Positions 1 through 31,034 of a DNA stretch of 64,000 nucleotides are shown here, in pieces. The position numbers and the translations under genes are program-made. The DNA lies in contig JAWQFM010000010.1 of the NCBI GenBank assembly GCA_033442325.1, positions 687,382 to 751,381 of the forward strand, given 5' to 3'. Source of the DNA: Salpingoeca rosetta. Its lineage: Eukaryota; Protista; Choanoflagellata. The notes beneath the pieces were generated by a model, which saw only the letters and a list, made by a program, of their open reading frames with translations, was not told where the DNA came from and ran no database searches. Numbering within the stretch: position 1 is the first letter of the stretch; each line of letters opens with the position of its first letter.

Positions 1-28
1 ACAACAACAACAACAACATCATCACCAC

Positions 29-77
<49 letters not shown>

Positions 78-365
78 GTCACGATCCCAACACACACACA
101 CACACACAATCCATATTCATGTGCACACTCTTCGACCTGACAGGAGAAGTATGCCGCTCGCTTTGCGTCTGTCTCCGGTGAGTCTTCGAGCTGACACACG
201 ATGTGTGTGGGGGCGCGTGCTGCTGCTGCTACTGCTAGTGCTGGTGATGTGATGTGTTGCAATGTGGAGGTTGGTATATTGCTTGCCCAATGTTTGCCTC
301 GCTGACACAAATTCTGCCGCACCCGTCCATTTCTTGTGCGCTCGCTGCCGATATCGACCGTGCAG

Positions 366-1075
366 ATGCGTTTTCGAGCGTGCGCAAACTCCTTTACACA
401 GCCGTCGCACAGGCATCAGCAAGGTAAGCGCGACGGTAGGCATGCACGGAGCAACTGCATGCGTACAACGTGTCTGATAAGCGGTGTTGCTTCCAGCTCA
501 CGTGTTACTCGCACCTGCAACTCTCATGGCTTTTGCATTTTTGTTGTTGGTCAGCGTTGGAAGCGTGGATGCACACGTGCTTGCCGATGCACTCTCGCTG
601 GCGCTTGAGGTTGAGATTCTCGCAGCGCAGTTGCCAAGCAATGCGTCGTGTGCAGATGACAATGGCGATGATGGCGTGAACACAGCGGCCATGTGGTCCA
701 TGCTCACACAGCAGTTGAGATTTGTCACCGAATCTCTCCTCCCACTCTACGCTGACAGCTCTGCGCAGGCGAAGAAGGTGTGTGCCTACGCATGTTCATC
801 TGTGAGCACATACATATCGTGGTGCATGGATGGTACTTGGTAGTTGCGCCGGTGCCATGAAGTGTGATCGTCTTGTGCGAATACCAGCAATAGAGCGGCC
901 GTACAACGACAGCAGAACTGTCTTTCATACCTTGCTTATATCTGACAATTCATCTTGTCAATTGGCATTGCGTGCGGATTCAGAAACGGCACAAGTCGAC
1001 CATTTCCAGGGATGACTGCGAGCTCATCACCCAAACGGTTTGTGATGAATACAACTGAGGCACGCACGCACACAC

Positions 1076-1151
<76 letters not shown>

Positions 1152-3068
1152 ATGCACGTGACCGCTTGGCTCACTGCATGCCCTGCTCGCCATCACCACC
1201 AGGTGCTTCGCGGTGCGGTTGTGTGTGTGCGCGTGGAGCCGCCAGCACCCGATGTTGCGCAGCTGTTGGCCAAAACGCTCTCGGCCGTCGTCACAGCAGG
1301 TACACGACAACCATGGCTCGAGCTGGGCTGCTGTGTTGTATCGCTGTGCTCCGCGTTTGCTTTGATTGTGTTTGATTCGATTTTGCGTTTTGTTTTGTTT
1401 CATTGTGTTTAGGTTGATTTCACTGCATTCTGGCACTCTTGCTCGCTTTGTTTACCGACACCCACATGCCTTGCATGTGTTTGTGCTCGTCCGTCCGCTA
1501 TTGGCTCTCACCGCCGTGCACCACCACCTTCCATGCGTGCTTCGCATGTCAGGGATTGGCGCTGCGTTGAGCGATGTTGTTGGACAGCTCGTCGCCCATT
1601 TTGCAACGGCCGCTGGGAAATTGGAGGCACATGCTCAAGGTGTGTGCGTGTGTGCATTGTGTGCATGTGTGTATGTTGGTGCGCATTTGCGGATGTTCGT
1701 ACCTTGCTCGTGCGTGCTCTTGTTGTGGCATGATAGGAAGCACACAATGTCACTGTGTCGTTTCCAACACAACACTCCATAATTCGTCTGTCCAGATGCG
1801 TCGCACCTTGCCCGCGTGGAGGCGATGTTTGATTCGCTGTTTGCGCTCGGTCCCGGCCACGAATCCCTTGTCGCAGACACCTTTCTCTTCGTATTCAAGG
1901 TGTTGGTCAGCGTTGGCGCAGGGTGTTGTGTGTTGTGTGTGTGTGTATGCGTGGTTGAGAGGTTATGGCGACAATGGCAACAAGTTGTGCATGGTCAAAC
2001 CACTGATGGGCACGACGTTGACCATGCAATACCGCCCCCGCCCTCAAAATGCTCACGTCACCACTGCAACCATACTTGATTTGCCCTCCCCTTCCTGCGC
2101 GTGTGTAGGCGCTGCGTGGCAAGTTTGAGGGCGTGATTGGCGCAATGGCCCGGCGTGCATGCACGACAATGCTGCAGCACAAGAAACAGTCGAGTGATAT
2201 TGACGCTTCACCCACTCCGCCAGCGCAGCAAACACTCAAGATTGGTGAGTGCGATGGGTTTTGATGCGGTTCTTACATTTTGACCAGCTGCCGTTCGTTT
2301 CATTTCGTTCATTCCCTTCATGTGCAATGCTCTTTGTTGCTCTCTAACGCGCACACACACACATGTATGTGGTTTCATCACTGTAAACGCCGTCCACGAC
2401 CACAGTGAAGAAGAACGGCGCGCTGGTTCGTCAGTTTGCGTCGCAGCTGCCACCACCAGATGCAGATGATGACACGGCATTTGTTTCGCTTCAGCTCCTG
2501 AACCAGCTCGTCGATGGTAAGAGACGAGCGCAGCTGGCGAACACACGTTTTGCAGTTGAAGTGCACGTGCTTCGTTTCATGCTGTCATCACAGCGATTTC
2601 TTTGTGTGCACACTTGCCACCCAACTTGGACCTCACTCACTTCCACCACCACCACCACCACCACCACACGTGCTGTATTCACAGGTGTGAGCGATTTGCG
2701 TTCGCGGGATCAGCACATGACGGCGGCAATGCTGCAATCGCACATCCACCGCACATGTGAGGCTCGCAGTCGCGTTTCTTTGTGTCAGTGAGTGTGTGCA
2801 CATGGGTGCACGCACGTGTGCATGCATGTGAGCGAGTGCACGGCGTTGGGATGCGTGCAAGAAAACTGGCGCTCTGCCCTATTTGTTCTCACCGTGTGCG
2901 ACTTTGGTGCCATGTTGTTTCACTGCAGTCACACCACCTGCGCAAGAGAAAGAGGCGGAAGAGGACGAGGGCGAAACGAAGAAATGGGGCGAGCGCGTGC
3001 TTGATGGTGCTGCTGCTGTGTTGAAGCGCTTGGATGAAATGCAGTCCCAAGTGCTGACCAGTGCGTGA
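366..3068 (+). CDS. Hypothetical multi-exon, alpha-helical protein; 3' portion only (start probably upstream of or near the window edge)
   Basis: GT-AG exons, mostly joinable in phase (the ~780-1200 segment is unresolved): ...AFSSVRKLLYTAVAQASA | VGSVDAHVLADALSLALEVE...AKK | VLRGAVVCVRVEPPAPDVAQLLAK | GIGAALSDVVGQLVAHF | DASHLARVEAMFDSLF...FVFK | ALRGKFEGVIGAMARR | VKKNGALVRQF | GVSDLRSRDQHM | TPPAQEKEAEED...QVLTSA-TGA (3068). No recognisable family motif. Confidence 0.65.
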
Positions 3069-3211
3069 CCGTGCTGCGTGACCCGTGATGTGGTGGCGGC
3101 GACGTTTGCTTGTTGTTGTATGCGTTGATCACATTGTCTTGTTGAAGCCCTTCTCCGCGTTCACGACTGTGTTCTTTACCAACCAGAAAAGCCTTGGTGC
3201 GATTTCCCTCG

Positions 3212-3274
<63 letters not shown>

Positions 3275-3799
3275 TATCTCACCCTTCCCCGCTTTGTTCA
3301 TCCTTTTGTGTCGGCTGTGTTGTTCTGAACTGGTTGTGCCGCCTACTGTTGGTTGTTGTGGGGCCTGATCCTCCTTGCCTTGTTGTTTGTGATTTGATTG
3401 CAACCTAACCTGCACTCCTTCCTACTGCCTGATTTTGCTCACCTTGTTGCGCGTGTGTTTTGCTTTTCCTTTCCTCCCTCTGTTACCCCACTGCGCATCT
3501 CTCTCGTTGTGCGTTCTGGCTTTTTCCGTCACACTCATTGAACAACAGAGCAAGACCATTGGCCGACTTAAAACACATGTGCGTGTGTATCGGTGGGTTG
3601 GGGAACGTGTGCAAGTTGTGGGAACAGCCGAACGCAAAAGGCAAGCACGCACAAAAGCACAATGGGGCCACCGCATGTGTGCATGCGCTTGTTTCGCGCA
3701 CGGAACGCACAAACGGAAACAACGCACAGCAGCACAAGAGCACGCAAGAAACCAACGGGAGGAGGACGGCAAGCGGCGAGCGTCACTTTGTCGTGGGGC

Positions 3800-17266
<13,467 letters not shown>

Positions 17267-17625
17267 CGTGTCTCCTGTTCTCTGTCTCTCGAAATCACTG
17301 GCTGGCACGATTCCGTTGGTAGGACAGGAGCAACAACGAAATAATTCACTCGATTGCTTTCTTGCTGTTGCCACGCCCCCCCCCCCCACGCCCACCCATT
17401 CCACATTTCACCGTTCACTTGACACTTTACTCGGGAGGATCGATCGGACTGACTAAGCGCTCCCAGGGAGCAACAAACGAGAGAAAGAAGCAACCCAAAC
17501 CAAACAAACCACAGGACAACACACACAACACCAGCCAGCGAATGACAAACACACAACACGAGGAGACGAATGGCAGCACGGCTGTGACGGGGTCAACTTG
17601 GTGCCACCACAAGTTCATGTGCTGC

Positions 17626-18961
17626 TCAGTCAGTGTCCATGACGTTGTCGCCCTTTGCGGGCTCCTCGCTGCCTTCCTGCTTGTTGTCGCCCTCCTTGGC
17701 GGCGGCAGCGTCGGCCTCCTCGCCCTCAGCCTTCTTGTCCTGGGCATCGCCCTCGGGCTGCTCGGCCTTCTTCTCCTCCTCCTTTGGCGGCTCCACCTTG
17801 GGCTTGGGCGTGGACATGATTGGGTTGCACGTGCGCTCAAGCTCGCTGCGCTTGGCATCGAGGTCCTTGGTCGTCAGCACAGGCGGTGTCGACTGCAGCC
17901 CCACAAAGTATGTGTATGAATGTATGTGTGTGTGTGTGTTTGTTGTGTTGGGTGTGCATGCGAGTAGTTTAGTGTGCGTGGACGACGTCGTGCATGTGTG
18001 TGCATAGGTTGTTTCAAATCAACACCAAGGGATGCACCTCCACGTTGACTGCAGGCAAGCAGCAAGTAACACCTCCATGACACGGCAAAACAGTGCGGTT
18101 GCTCACCTTGGGCAGCTTGGCCTGCTCGGCGGACTTGGTGTTGAGCCACTCCTCCGTCTCGGCTACGGCGTCCGCAACCTTCTTCACCTGCTCCGCGGCA
18201 ATGTGAGCATACTTCTCCTCGCCCGCAGCGTGCTCGTCAACAAACTTGCGGAAGTGGACAATGGTCTCCCTCAGCTTCTCTTCGGCCCTGGGGCGCGTCT
18301 CCCAGTCCTGCGCACGCGCCTTGACCTCGTTGCCCGTCGCCTGCAGGCCCTGAAGCTTCTCAATGTACACCTGAACACAACGCAGAGCGCGTGCACGAGT
18401 GTGCGATGTAAGGTTTGAAAGAAAAATGTACAGCACAGCACAACCTCATCATCACCACCAGCAGCAGCAGCGTACTAATGCGGTGCTGTAGTCATGAACC
18501 CCCCCCCCCACACACACACACACACATAAACGCACGCGGGGCTCACCGTCTTTGGCTGGTCCTCGCCTTCCTCGTACAGCCAGTCCTCCATCTGGGAGAG
18601 GCGGGAGCGGAACTCGTCGTGGTCGTTCTGCGTCATAAACCCGTCGTAGACCGACGACAGCTTGTCGCGCATCTCGTAGATGTACTCCTCAAGCGCGTTG
18701 CGCGCGTCGTTCTTCTCCTTCTCGTGCAGATCCTGCACCTTCATCTTCGCCTCAAACTGAACACAACCAACAATACATAGGCAGGGGACAAGAGAGAGCA
18801 AGAGGAAAGTTGGAGATGCGATTGGGTGTGAGTGTTGAGCGAGTGCGCACAAGTGGATGATTGTCGAGTGCGGTGCGTGGCTGTTTCTTTCGCAGACGCG
18901 TGCGTGCCACAAGCACAAAAACACACACACACAAACCACGAGCACACACACACAAACCACG

Positions 18962-19004
<43 letters not shown>

Positions 19005-19761
19005 CGACGAGGTCGTTGATCTCGGACTGCATCTTGAGGCAGGGCTTCCACGTGACAACTGTCAGCTTGACCTTCTTGACCTTCTTCTTCTTCTTCTCAT
19101 CCTTCTTCTCCTCGGCCTTCTCGTCCTTCTTGTCATCCTTCTTCTTGTCGTCCTTCTTCTTGTCACCGCCCTTCTTCTTCTTCTTGTCGTTGCCGCTCGC
19201 CTTGTTTGCGTCGTCGCCTTCGCTCTCCAGCTCGGGCTTCTTCGCCGCGGGCTCCTCAGAGGACTCGTCGTCCTTCGCCTTGTCCTCCGTCTGCACGAAC
19301 ATCAGGCAAAGAAGCACCACGGACATTCACATGCGGCGATAAGGAGTATCGTGTACATGCATGCCATGTGTCGACACGACAAAGGTCAGCGAGCGCGAAG
19401 AAAAATATATTGCCCAAGGGCAAGAATTCACCAGAGCAAGAATTGCACACGCACAGCGAGGAATTGTGGGCATCATTGAAGGAACAAAACAAAGCGGAGG
19501 CTTGGAGTTGATATGCACGTGTGTGTGCCTACCGTGTCCATAGTGTTGTCACTTGCCGGGGTCTTTGGCGTCTCTGCAGCGTCCTCTGCGGGCGGCACCT
19601 TCTCCAGCATTGTCGCCGAGCGCACGTTCAGGCACCCGTTCAGGTCCATTTGCACCTAAACAAACAAACCAACAAGCACACGTGTATATCGGTGGATGAT
19701 CAGAACAAACAAGCAAGGCAGGTAGGGAGAAATCGACACTCACAGAGAGAGAGACAGACAG

Positions 19762-19794
<33 letters not shown>

Positions 19795-20712
19795 GAGACA
19801 GAGAGAGACAGAGACAGAGAGAGACAGAGACAGAGAGAGAGACACACACACACACACACACAATCAGACACACACCGGCGCAGCAAGGGGTGGTAGGGAC
19901 AGTACAATTGCATAAATACTCGCAGCACCGCCGCGGGGCTGTGCGCTTCAAAACTCACCTCGACCTTGACCTTCTGCTTTTCGCCGTCGTAGCTTGGCTT
20001 GACGCCCTGGATCTTGAAGTTGCCAATCTGCTTCGGCTGGTCGGGCACGCGCTCCGGGTTGGCGTACGTCGCCGTAAACTCAAAGTCCTCCTGGCGGTAG
20101 AATGTCAGCAGCTTCGTGACGTTGGCCATGCCGTTGGCGGAGAAGATCTCGCTCTGGCTCTGGCCCTCCTCCTCCTCGGGGTTGGTCGACTGCCACGAGA
20201 GGTTCACGGCGTACGGCGTCGCGTCGTCCAGCTTGAAGTCGCGCACGCGGAACATGGGGGACATGATGGCCGACATGAGCGCGCAGCCGCGGGCAACGGC
20301 CTCGTCGACGTTGAGCGTGGTGTGAGGGGCGGCGCCAAAGGTATCCATCAGGATCTGCTTCACGAGTGGGATGCGAGACGACCCGCCCACAATCTCAACA
20401 CTGGCGCAGTGGATGGGGGCGCAGCCAGAACGGGACGGCGTTGGCAAGGTGTTGGTGAGCGAGTGCGTCACGTGCGCGGGCCGAAAAGCAGCAAAGTCAA
20501 GGAAGGTGTAGGAGAGGGGGGTGGTATGTGTACAGATAGCAACGACGACAATGGGTGCAACGGCAAGGGAAAAGAGTAACACATGTGCGCCCTGAACGTC
20601 GCGCTTGCTCAGAGCCGCACGACAAGCAAGCAGAAGAGGGGGGGGGGGCAACAGAACAAGGTCATCCAGACACACACACAAAGCCACAAAATGCACAAAG
20701 CACACACGCGCA

Positions 20713-20750
<38 letters not shown>

Positions 20751-22174
20751 GTGGAGGTCTGAGATTGCGATGTCGCGGTTCTTGAGGTCGTCGACAAACC
20801 CGGCGACGGTGGAACGGACCTTGTCAAAGACGGGGGCGCACAGCTGCTCAAACTCGTCCCTGTTCATCTTGGTGCTGAAGTCGCGGTCCTCCATGAGGCA
20901 CTCCACGTTCATGGGAATGTCCGTGGCGTTGGCGCTCATCATCTTCTTCAGCTTCTCGCACTCGGTCTCCATGCGGATGGCGGCGCGCGGCTTGCTGAGG
21001 AAGTTGAGCTTGGTCTTCTCCTCAAAGCGCTTGGCCATCTCCTTGAGCAGTGCGCGGTCAAAGTCCCGCCCGCCAACCGGGCACGCCGCCGTCGTCACCA
21101 CGGTCACCTTGCCCTTGACAAACTCGCACAGGGACATCTGCAGGTTGGAGTGCCCAAAGTCGAAAAACGCCACGCGGCGCGGCGCCTCGCCCGGCTCGGG
21201 CAGATCGCCCTTGTAGATGCCGTAGTTGACGGCAACCGCAGACGTCTCATTCAGCAGGCGCAGGCAGTTGAGGTCCGCAATCTGCAGCGCCTCGAGCATG
21301 GCGTGCCGCTGGGCGTCGTTGAAGTACACGGGCACGCCCATAACGCAGTCCTCGACCTTGGTCTCGAGCGCGGTCTCCGCGCACGTGCGCAGGTGGCCCA
21401 GAAGCATGGCGAGCACCTGGGGAACGCTCAGCACAAGCTGCTCGTCGGCGTGCTGCACCTTCACGCCCACGGTGCCGTCCGGCAGCGCACAGTGGCCAAA
21501 GTACACGTGCGCAAGCTCCTCCTGCATGATGCACGGACATGCGTTCAGTCAAAACGGTGTGAGAGAGAGTGTGTGTGTGTGAGTGAATAAGAATGTGCGT
21601 GTGTGTGTTTGGGGGGGGGAGTGAAGAGCAAACGATGAAACGAAATGAAGGTGGTAGAAGCATGGATTTGTGTGGGTCCGTCGTGCACTTTGCAGCATTT
21701 GTTGTGGCTACTTGTTGCTCGCACGACACACAAGCCCCCCCCCCAAGAACAAAACACACAATTTCCTCCTCCTCCTGAAACAAGCGCCCTCTTCAACGAG
21801 TCGTACCTGCACGTCTGGTGCGTCGTACTTGCGGCCAATGAGGCGCTTGAAGTAGGTGATGGTGTGCTTGAAGGCAGTGACAGCCTGCGCGGACAAACAA
21901 AGAAATGGAGGCCAGAAGATCGTGGTCAACGCAAAAGAAGCGCAAGTGATCAAACAGGCAGACGAAAACTGCAAAATGCCATGCAGCGCTGAAGCACACT
22001 ATCGACGCAGAAGCACGACGAGTCTAGTGCAAGACGACACGTGCAAACACGTGCAAACACGCATGCAGAAGGTTAACTCACCCTCTGCTTGCCGGATTCA
22101 CCGAGAGAACGCATCTTGTCGCCAAAGGAAATGCATGACCTGATTGATATACGGACACAAAGTGGCCACACATA

Positions 22175-22251
<77 letters not shown>

Positions 22252-22532
22252 GCACACGTGTACGCGTCAACGAAACGGGGGCAACCGTGAGAACAAAAAG
22301 TCGGGGGCGATCGCCTGCATTGTTGATTCGGCATTGTTGATTCGACACACCACATGCATGTCATGGGGGATTCAACGCACACAGGCCGCGCAGAACACAG
22401 ACCACGCAGAACACAGGCCACGTACGGGGTCTGGCGCTTGCTGTAGTCGTTGAGGAGCACCTCGATGCCGCCACCCTTGGGTACGGCGACGACAGAGGAC
22501 AAGTAGCCCACGTCCAAGCCCATACACGACAT
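17626..22532 (-). CDS. HSPA4: Hsp110/Hsp105 (HSPA4/HSPH1/Sse1 family) Hsp70-superfamily nucleotide exchange factor, ~10 exons
   Basis: [36 protein letters not shown]; [10 protein letters not shown]; [15 protein letters not shown]; VGGRDFD; [12 protein letters not shown]; [11 protein letters not shown]; [15 protein letters not shown]; acidic/lysine loop; [19 protein letters not shown]; [10 protein letters not shown]; C-terminal NVMDTD, typical of Hsp110. Exon 1 22426-22532, exon 2 22082-22139, stop at 17626. Confidence 0.95.
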
Positions 22533-23391
22533 GGCTGCGATTTGCTGACTGTGCTTGAAGGGAAAAGGAACGACGCGAGGATCGCTGGTGTGACAAAGGG
22601 CGTGCTACGGGTCTGTGATCTGCAAAACGGCGAGAGGAACACCAGGGAAGCATTGGTGGAGCAGGCGAGAGAACAGAGCAAATGTGAGTGGAAGCACAAG
22701 CGTAGAGAGACACATGTGTCAACAAAAGGTTGATCGCAGTCATTACGCAGCACAATCAGGGACGACGGAACGAGAGCCCCAAGCAAGGTAGCAATTGCAA
22801 GGTTCATCATCGACAAGACAGCAGTGTCGGGCGGGGCAAGCGCAAACGCAAACACAAACGCAAACACAAACGCAAACACAAACGCAAACACGCAGCAACA
22901 TTACATGTGTCGATCGTGGTGAGGGTTGCGCGTTGATGAGGGTGTGGTGGTGGTGGTGGTAATGGCGGGAGTATGAGACAAAGCCAGGTGAGGATGAGGA
23001 TGAGGACAGAGATGTGTGTCTGTGGGTGTCCGTGCACCGTTTTGTGTCTGCTGCGAGCGTGCGAGCGGTGTTGTTGCAACGTGGCTGGTGGTGCTGTTGC
23101 AAGATAACTGAACTCTCTCCAAGCACGAAAGCACACCGCACGCACAACAAGGGCAGCCCTCTCAACCACCCACACAAAGACACACACCACGCTGCCGCCA
23201 TCTGGCCACAGCGAAACATCGCGCACACCTGGATGTCAGCAGAAAGCGCTGGAAGAAGTAATGCAAGAAGAAAGCACACGTGTGTGCTGTGATGGTGCTG
23301 CGTTTTGCCAATTGCAAAACAAAAAAAGAAAAAAGTTGTGCAGCCGCAATTGGCGAAGTTGGTTTGACTGACACCATTTAGTGGCGTCGTA

Positions 23392-27678
<4,287 letters not shown>

Positions 27679-28558
27679 CCGCGCCACAATTGTGTGCACA
27701 GGCGTGTGGATGCATGTGCTGTCGGCCTTTGGTGGTCTTGCTGCTCGGATCTTTGCTCGTGTTACACTGTGTCTCAGCTGCTGCTCCGTGTGTCAAAATC
27801 TTCTTGTTAACTTGCATTTCCACCCTTAGACCAACCACATCACACGCACCGAGCTCGCTTGTGCACTTTCATTTTTCTCCCGACACGACTTGTTCTGTTT
27901 CGGTACAAACGTTACGTTAGTTCTGCGCGCGTGTGCGTGCGCATGTGTGTGTATGTGCCGTCATCCGTGTCCTGCCCAAGCAAGCAAGGACTGTCTTGCC
28001 TCTCTGTCCCTCCTCTCTCTCCCCTTCTTGTACATCATCACATCCTGGCGCGTGTTGTCGCAGGCACATATGTGTGTGTGTGCGTGTGCATTGTGTAACA
28101 CCATGACATGAGCTGAAATGAATGAAGTGTGATGTGATGTGACACAATCCTCATCATCACCATCACCACAACCGTCACCACCATCATCATCCATCATCAG
28201 CCATCATCAGCCATCATCATTCATTTGATGTCACCACAACCAAATCAACTTGATCACATCCATCAATGTCACCATCATCCATCGCATTAACAACAACGCC
28301 ACACACAAAACCCAAAAATCACTCACAACAAACAAGCACGTGGAACGAGAAGAAGGCGAACAGCTTGTTACAAGACAGCCACGCACGACCACAACCAGCA
28401 CCCATCCCCCTTCCTTCCTTCCTTCCTTCCTTCCTTCCTTCCTTCCTTCCTTCTCCCATTCCTGTCTCCGGCTCTCTGTTGATCCCATCCACACCCATTC
28501 AGCCCTTGTCTACGGCACCACCACCACCATCACCAGCAACAGCAGCAAGCAAGCAAGG

Positions 28559-28989
28559 ATGGCAGAGGTTGATGGACAGCGGGTGCTGACGTGCATCACG
28601 TGCAACGTTTGGTTCCAGACAGCAGATGCGCAGCGCCAGCACTACAAGACAGACTGGCACCGGTACAACCTGAAACGCAAGGTGGCGGGCCTGCCACCCA
28701 TCAGCGCGCAGGCGTTTACCCGGCGCGTCCACGCACAGCGTGCACAGACAGAGGCGGCAGCCACAGAGGCCATGCAAACCTTCGAGGTGTGTGTGTGTGT
28801 GATGTGCGACATGTATTGTGCATGTGTGTGTGTGTGACGTATTGTGTGTGTGTGTTGTGTGCGACATGTATTGTGCATGTGTGTGTGTTTTGTGGCTGCC
28901 TTTCCTGCCTGCCCGACTGTATCATGCGATCAGCTCCACGCTCGCACACATAGCAACACGCTCGCACACACACACACACACACAAATCA

Positions 28990-29050
<61 letters not shown>

Positions 29051-30133
29051 TCAACGCACGCACACTCCCCTCTTCCCCCCTGTCCCCCTTTCCCTCCCCC
29101 CCCCCCCTCTCATCGCCTCATCATCTCATGACCTCGTCAACAGTGCCAGACGTGCAAGAAGACATTCTCGTCTCGCAACGCGCACCAGAACCACATCAAC
29201 TCCAAAAAGCACAAGGAGGCCGAGAAAAGGGAAGCGGCCCGCCAGCAGCGCCAGCAAGAACATGCACAGCAGCCACAGCACCAACAGCAAGAGCAGGCAC
29301 ATGTCAACAATGGCGGCAAAGCTGGCAGTGATGATGATGATGATGATGATGCTGGCACTGCCCAGGCCAATGTGCAGCCTTTCGAGGAGCAGAAGCGCAA
29401 ATACGAAGCGCTCATGGCAAAGACGGCACAGGAGATGGAAGCAAAGGAAAGACAACAACAACAACGACAACACAGCAGCAGCAGCAGCAGCAGCAGCTTA
29501 GCTCAACTGCACAGTCCACCGCCATGGAGACAGCCAAAGACGAGGAAGAGGAGGAAGAGGAGGAAGAGGAGGAGCCCGTGCTTGAGCTGGTGGACAGCTT
29601 GTTCGACACGTACCGGGCAGACAGCTTTGAGGAGAATGTGGAGTACATGGGGCAGAAGCATGGGTTCTTCATCCCGCATCTGGAGTTTGTGGATGACCTG
29701 CAGGGCCTGGTGCGGTATCTGCAGCTGAAGGTGGGCAACTACTTCACGTGCATCTGGTGCAACAAGGCGTGCGCGGGCCTGGAGGCGGTGCGGCAGCACA
29801 TGGACGACAAGGGCCACAAGCAGGTTGACTACAGCGACGAGGGCCAGCTTGAGCTTGGCGACTTCTACGACTTCAGCTCGACCTACCCGGACAACGCGGC
29901 GCTGAGCGATGCGGACCGCGACGCCAGCCTGGACGTGGTGCCCGTGCAGGACCCGAGCGGCGGGCTGCGGCTGACGAGCGGGCTGGCGCTTGCGCTTCCA
30001 TCTGGGGTGAGCGTTGCGCACCGGACCATGCAGCGCTATCACAGGCAGCGGTTCCGGCGCGAGGACACGCGCGATTCCGTCGTCATCGGCCGCCTCGCTG
30101 CACAGTCAGTGCTTTGTCCCCGTGTGTGTGTGT

Positions 30134-30202
<69 letters not shown>

Positions 30203-30600
30203 TGTGGGTGTGTGTGTGTGCACTCCTGTGTCTGTGTGTGTGTACATGCTCGTGTGTGCACTCGTGTGTGTGTGTGTCTCCCCGTGCGCATGTTGGTACA
30301 TGACACCGTGTGCTCATCTGTGCGTGCGTGTCGTGTTCGTCTGTGACCAATTTGTTGTGCTTGCTGACCATACTTGCTACCTGTGTTCCATTCCCTCACT
30401 CTCGCCCTCCACCTTCACATTCACACACACACACACGTGTGGCCAGGTACAAGGCGCTCGGGTACAGGAATCCGCAGCTGCCCAAGGGCGAGGCGAAGCG
30501 GGACCAGGCGTGGGCGGCTCGACAGGAGCAGCGGCACCGCCTGCAGGTTGGTGTTCGCCAGAACAACCTCCACTTCAACTACGGCAAGTTCCTGCTGTAG
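28559..30600 (+). CDS. ZNF622: Zinc finger protein 622 / Rei1-Reh1 family pre-60S ribosome maturation factor (3 exons; apparent frameshift near 29470)
   Basis: TCITCNVWF..QRQHYKTDWHRYNLKRKVAGLPPI; CQTCKKTFSSRNAHQNHINSKKH; YMGQKHGFFIPHLEFVDDLQGLVRYLQLKVG..CIWCN..AVRQHMDDKGH; DFYDFSSTY; LPSGVSVAHRTMQRYHRQR; QYKALGY. Exons 28559-28786, 29144-30105, 30447-30600. Confidence 0.92.
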
Positions 30601-30785
30601 GCGCGCTGGTATGTGGGCGAGGATGCTGGAGAGGACGGGCCGGGGGAGGGGAAGCGTGCTGGTGCGTGCGAGGGTTGGTTGTGTGTGAGGACGAGAGTGT
30701 GTTTGCTGTACAGTGTGGAAGGAAAGCAAAGCAGTGTGGTTGTGTGTTGAATGGCGTTCTGTTCTGGCGTTGTAGTCAGCTCTTC

Positions 30786-30917
30786 AGCTGCGGCGCAATG
30801 GTGATGCTACATTGTGTTGTTTGCTTGCTTGTCTGTAAACGATTCGTCACCAACCCCAGCCAAGTGATACATAATACGAGTGCATACATGCATGTGCGTG
30901 CGTGTGAGCGTGTGAGG
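30786..30917 (+). repeat. 132-bp direct repeat, copy 1
   Basis: agctgcggcgcaatggtgatgctac...cgtgtgagg matches 31768-31899 except for two substitutions near the 3' end (read by eye). Non-microsatellite sequence. Confidence 0.95.
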
Positions 30918-31034
30918 GGTAGATGCAACGATCTTGAGACTTTGATTCCTGTCTATGAATAATGTAACCCCAAGCAAGCGCGGCAATAAACACGACATTT
31001 CTCTCATATCTGCATCCAACAAGGGTCAACCGTC

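Noticed and set aside
22540-23391. Heat-shock element upstream of Hsp110, and the 12-bp (AAACGCAAACAC)n repeat at ~22849-22891
   Set aside because: No convincing nGAAnnTTCn array found by eye; the repeat looks like an ordinary compound microsatellite.
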